NCBI GenBank assembly: GCA_951406725.2
Contig: OX597823.1
Span: 25,854,001-25,918,000, forward strand
From: Octopus vulgaris
Taxonomy: Eukaryota
Direction: 5' to 3'
Length of the DNA: 64,000 nt
In this document: positions 63,365 through 64,000 of the stretch, piece after piece
Layout of the letters: each line of letters starts with the position of its first letter
Numbering within the stretch: position 1 is the first letter of the stretch
Notes under the pieces: generated by a model
The model's input: the letters and a program-made list of their open reading frames with translations, nothing else
Told to the model about the DNA's origin: nothing
Databases searched by the model: none
Program-made: the position numbers and the translations under genes

Positions 63365-64000
63365 AAGAAACAGGCCTGGAAGGGTGGGGATAGCAGGGAA
63401 CTGTACCAGGTAACCAAAAAGGAGGCTGGGCAGCAGGTATACATAGCCAAGAGCGAAGCAGAAAAGAAGTTTGCCAATGTCCAGCGACGTGAGGACCAAA
63501 GAACTGAGGTATTTTGGACTGCAAGACAGTGTGTAAGAGAAAATTGTGATGTCATAGGAGAGAAATGTGTCCGCATGGATGATGGTGCACTCGCTTTTAA
63601 TGTTTCTGAAAAGAAAGAGGCTTGGAGAAGCCATTATGAAAGACTGCTGAATGGAAGGAGGAGAGCCTGCCAAATGTTGACCCAGTAGAAGGACCAGCTA
63701 TTCAGATAGACAGCTCCCTAGTAGATAAAGCAATTAAGGGTATGAAGCCAGGAAAAGCCCCCAGCCCATCAGGAATCACTGCTGAGATGTTTAAAACATC
63801 TGGTGGTGTGGGCTATGGCCTAGTCACCCGCATTGTAAACCAGGTAGTTCATGATGGAGTCATACCCAACAACTGGCGTAGCAGCACCATAGTCAACTGC
63901 TACAAGGGTAAAGGTGATGCTCTAGATAGAAATAATTACAGGGGTATCAAACTGCTGGATCAGGTGATGAAGGTCAAGGAGAGGGTCATAACCCATCTCA
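63365..64000 (+). mobile_element. RTE-clade LINE (linker and RT N-terminus), runs off the window
   Basis: ORF 63293-63688 (ENCDVIGEKCVRMDDGAL...WRSHYERLLN), then GKAPSPSGITAEM, YKGKGDAL, NYRGIKLLDQVMKV. Confidence 0.9.

Overview
AT-rich, repeat-dense eukaryotic (animal) genomic DNA. The repeat families and microsatellite load suggest a cephalopod such as Octopus; this is inference, not a database result. The one clearly recognisable host gene is POP7/Rpp20 (RNase P/MRP subunit p20, CDS 56835-57275, +), with a probable 5'-UTR intron. A minus-strand gene may also start near 30.3 kb. Most of the rest is transposon-derived: many copies of an RTE-clade LINE (one nearly full length) with a PHD-type zinc finger inside its RT, an older BovB-like RTE, CRE-like, Tx1/L1-like and CR1-like remnants, a Gypsy LTR element interrupted by an RTE, a probable solo LTR, Penelope-like pieces, a non-autonomous Helitron, mariner and piggyBac MITEs, several tRNA-derived SINE families and a ~1.2 kb tandem duplication. 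The most notable observation is a short retroposon joining a tRNA-like Pol III head to a minimal type I hammerhead ribozyme (36989-37493). A second copy (59700-59969) has a Penelope-style inverted structure and a 12-bp TSD, suggesting a hammerhead-bearing SINE mobilised by Penelope-like elements. All alignments were done by eye, so repeat boundaries are approximate.
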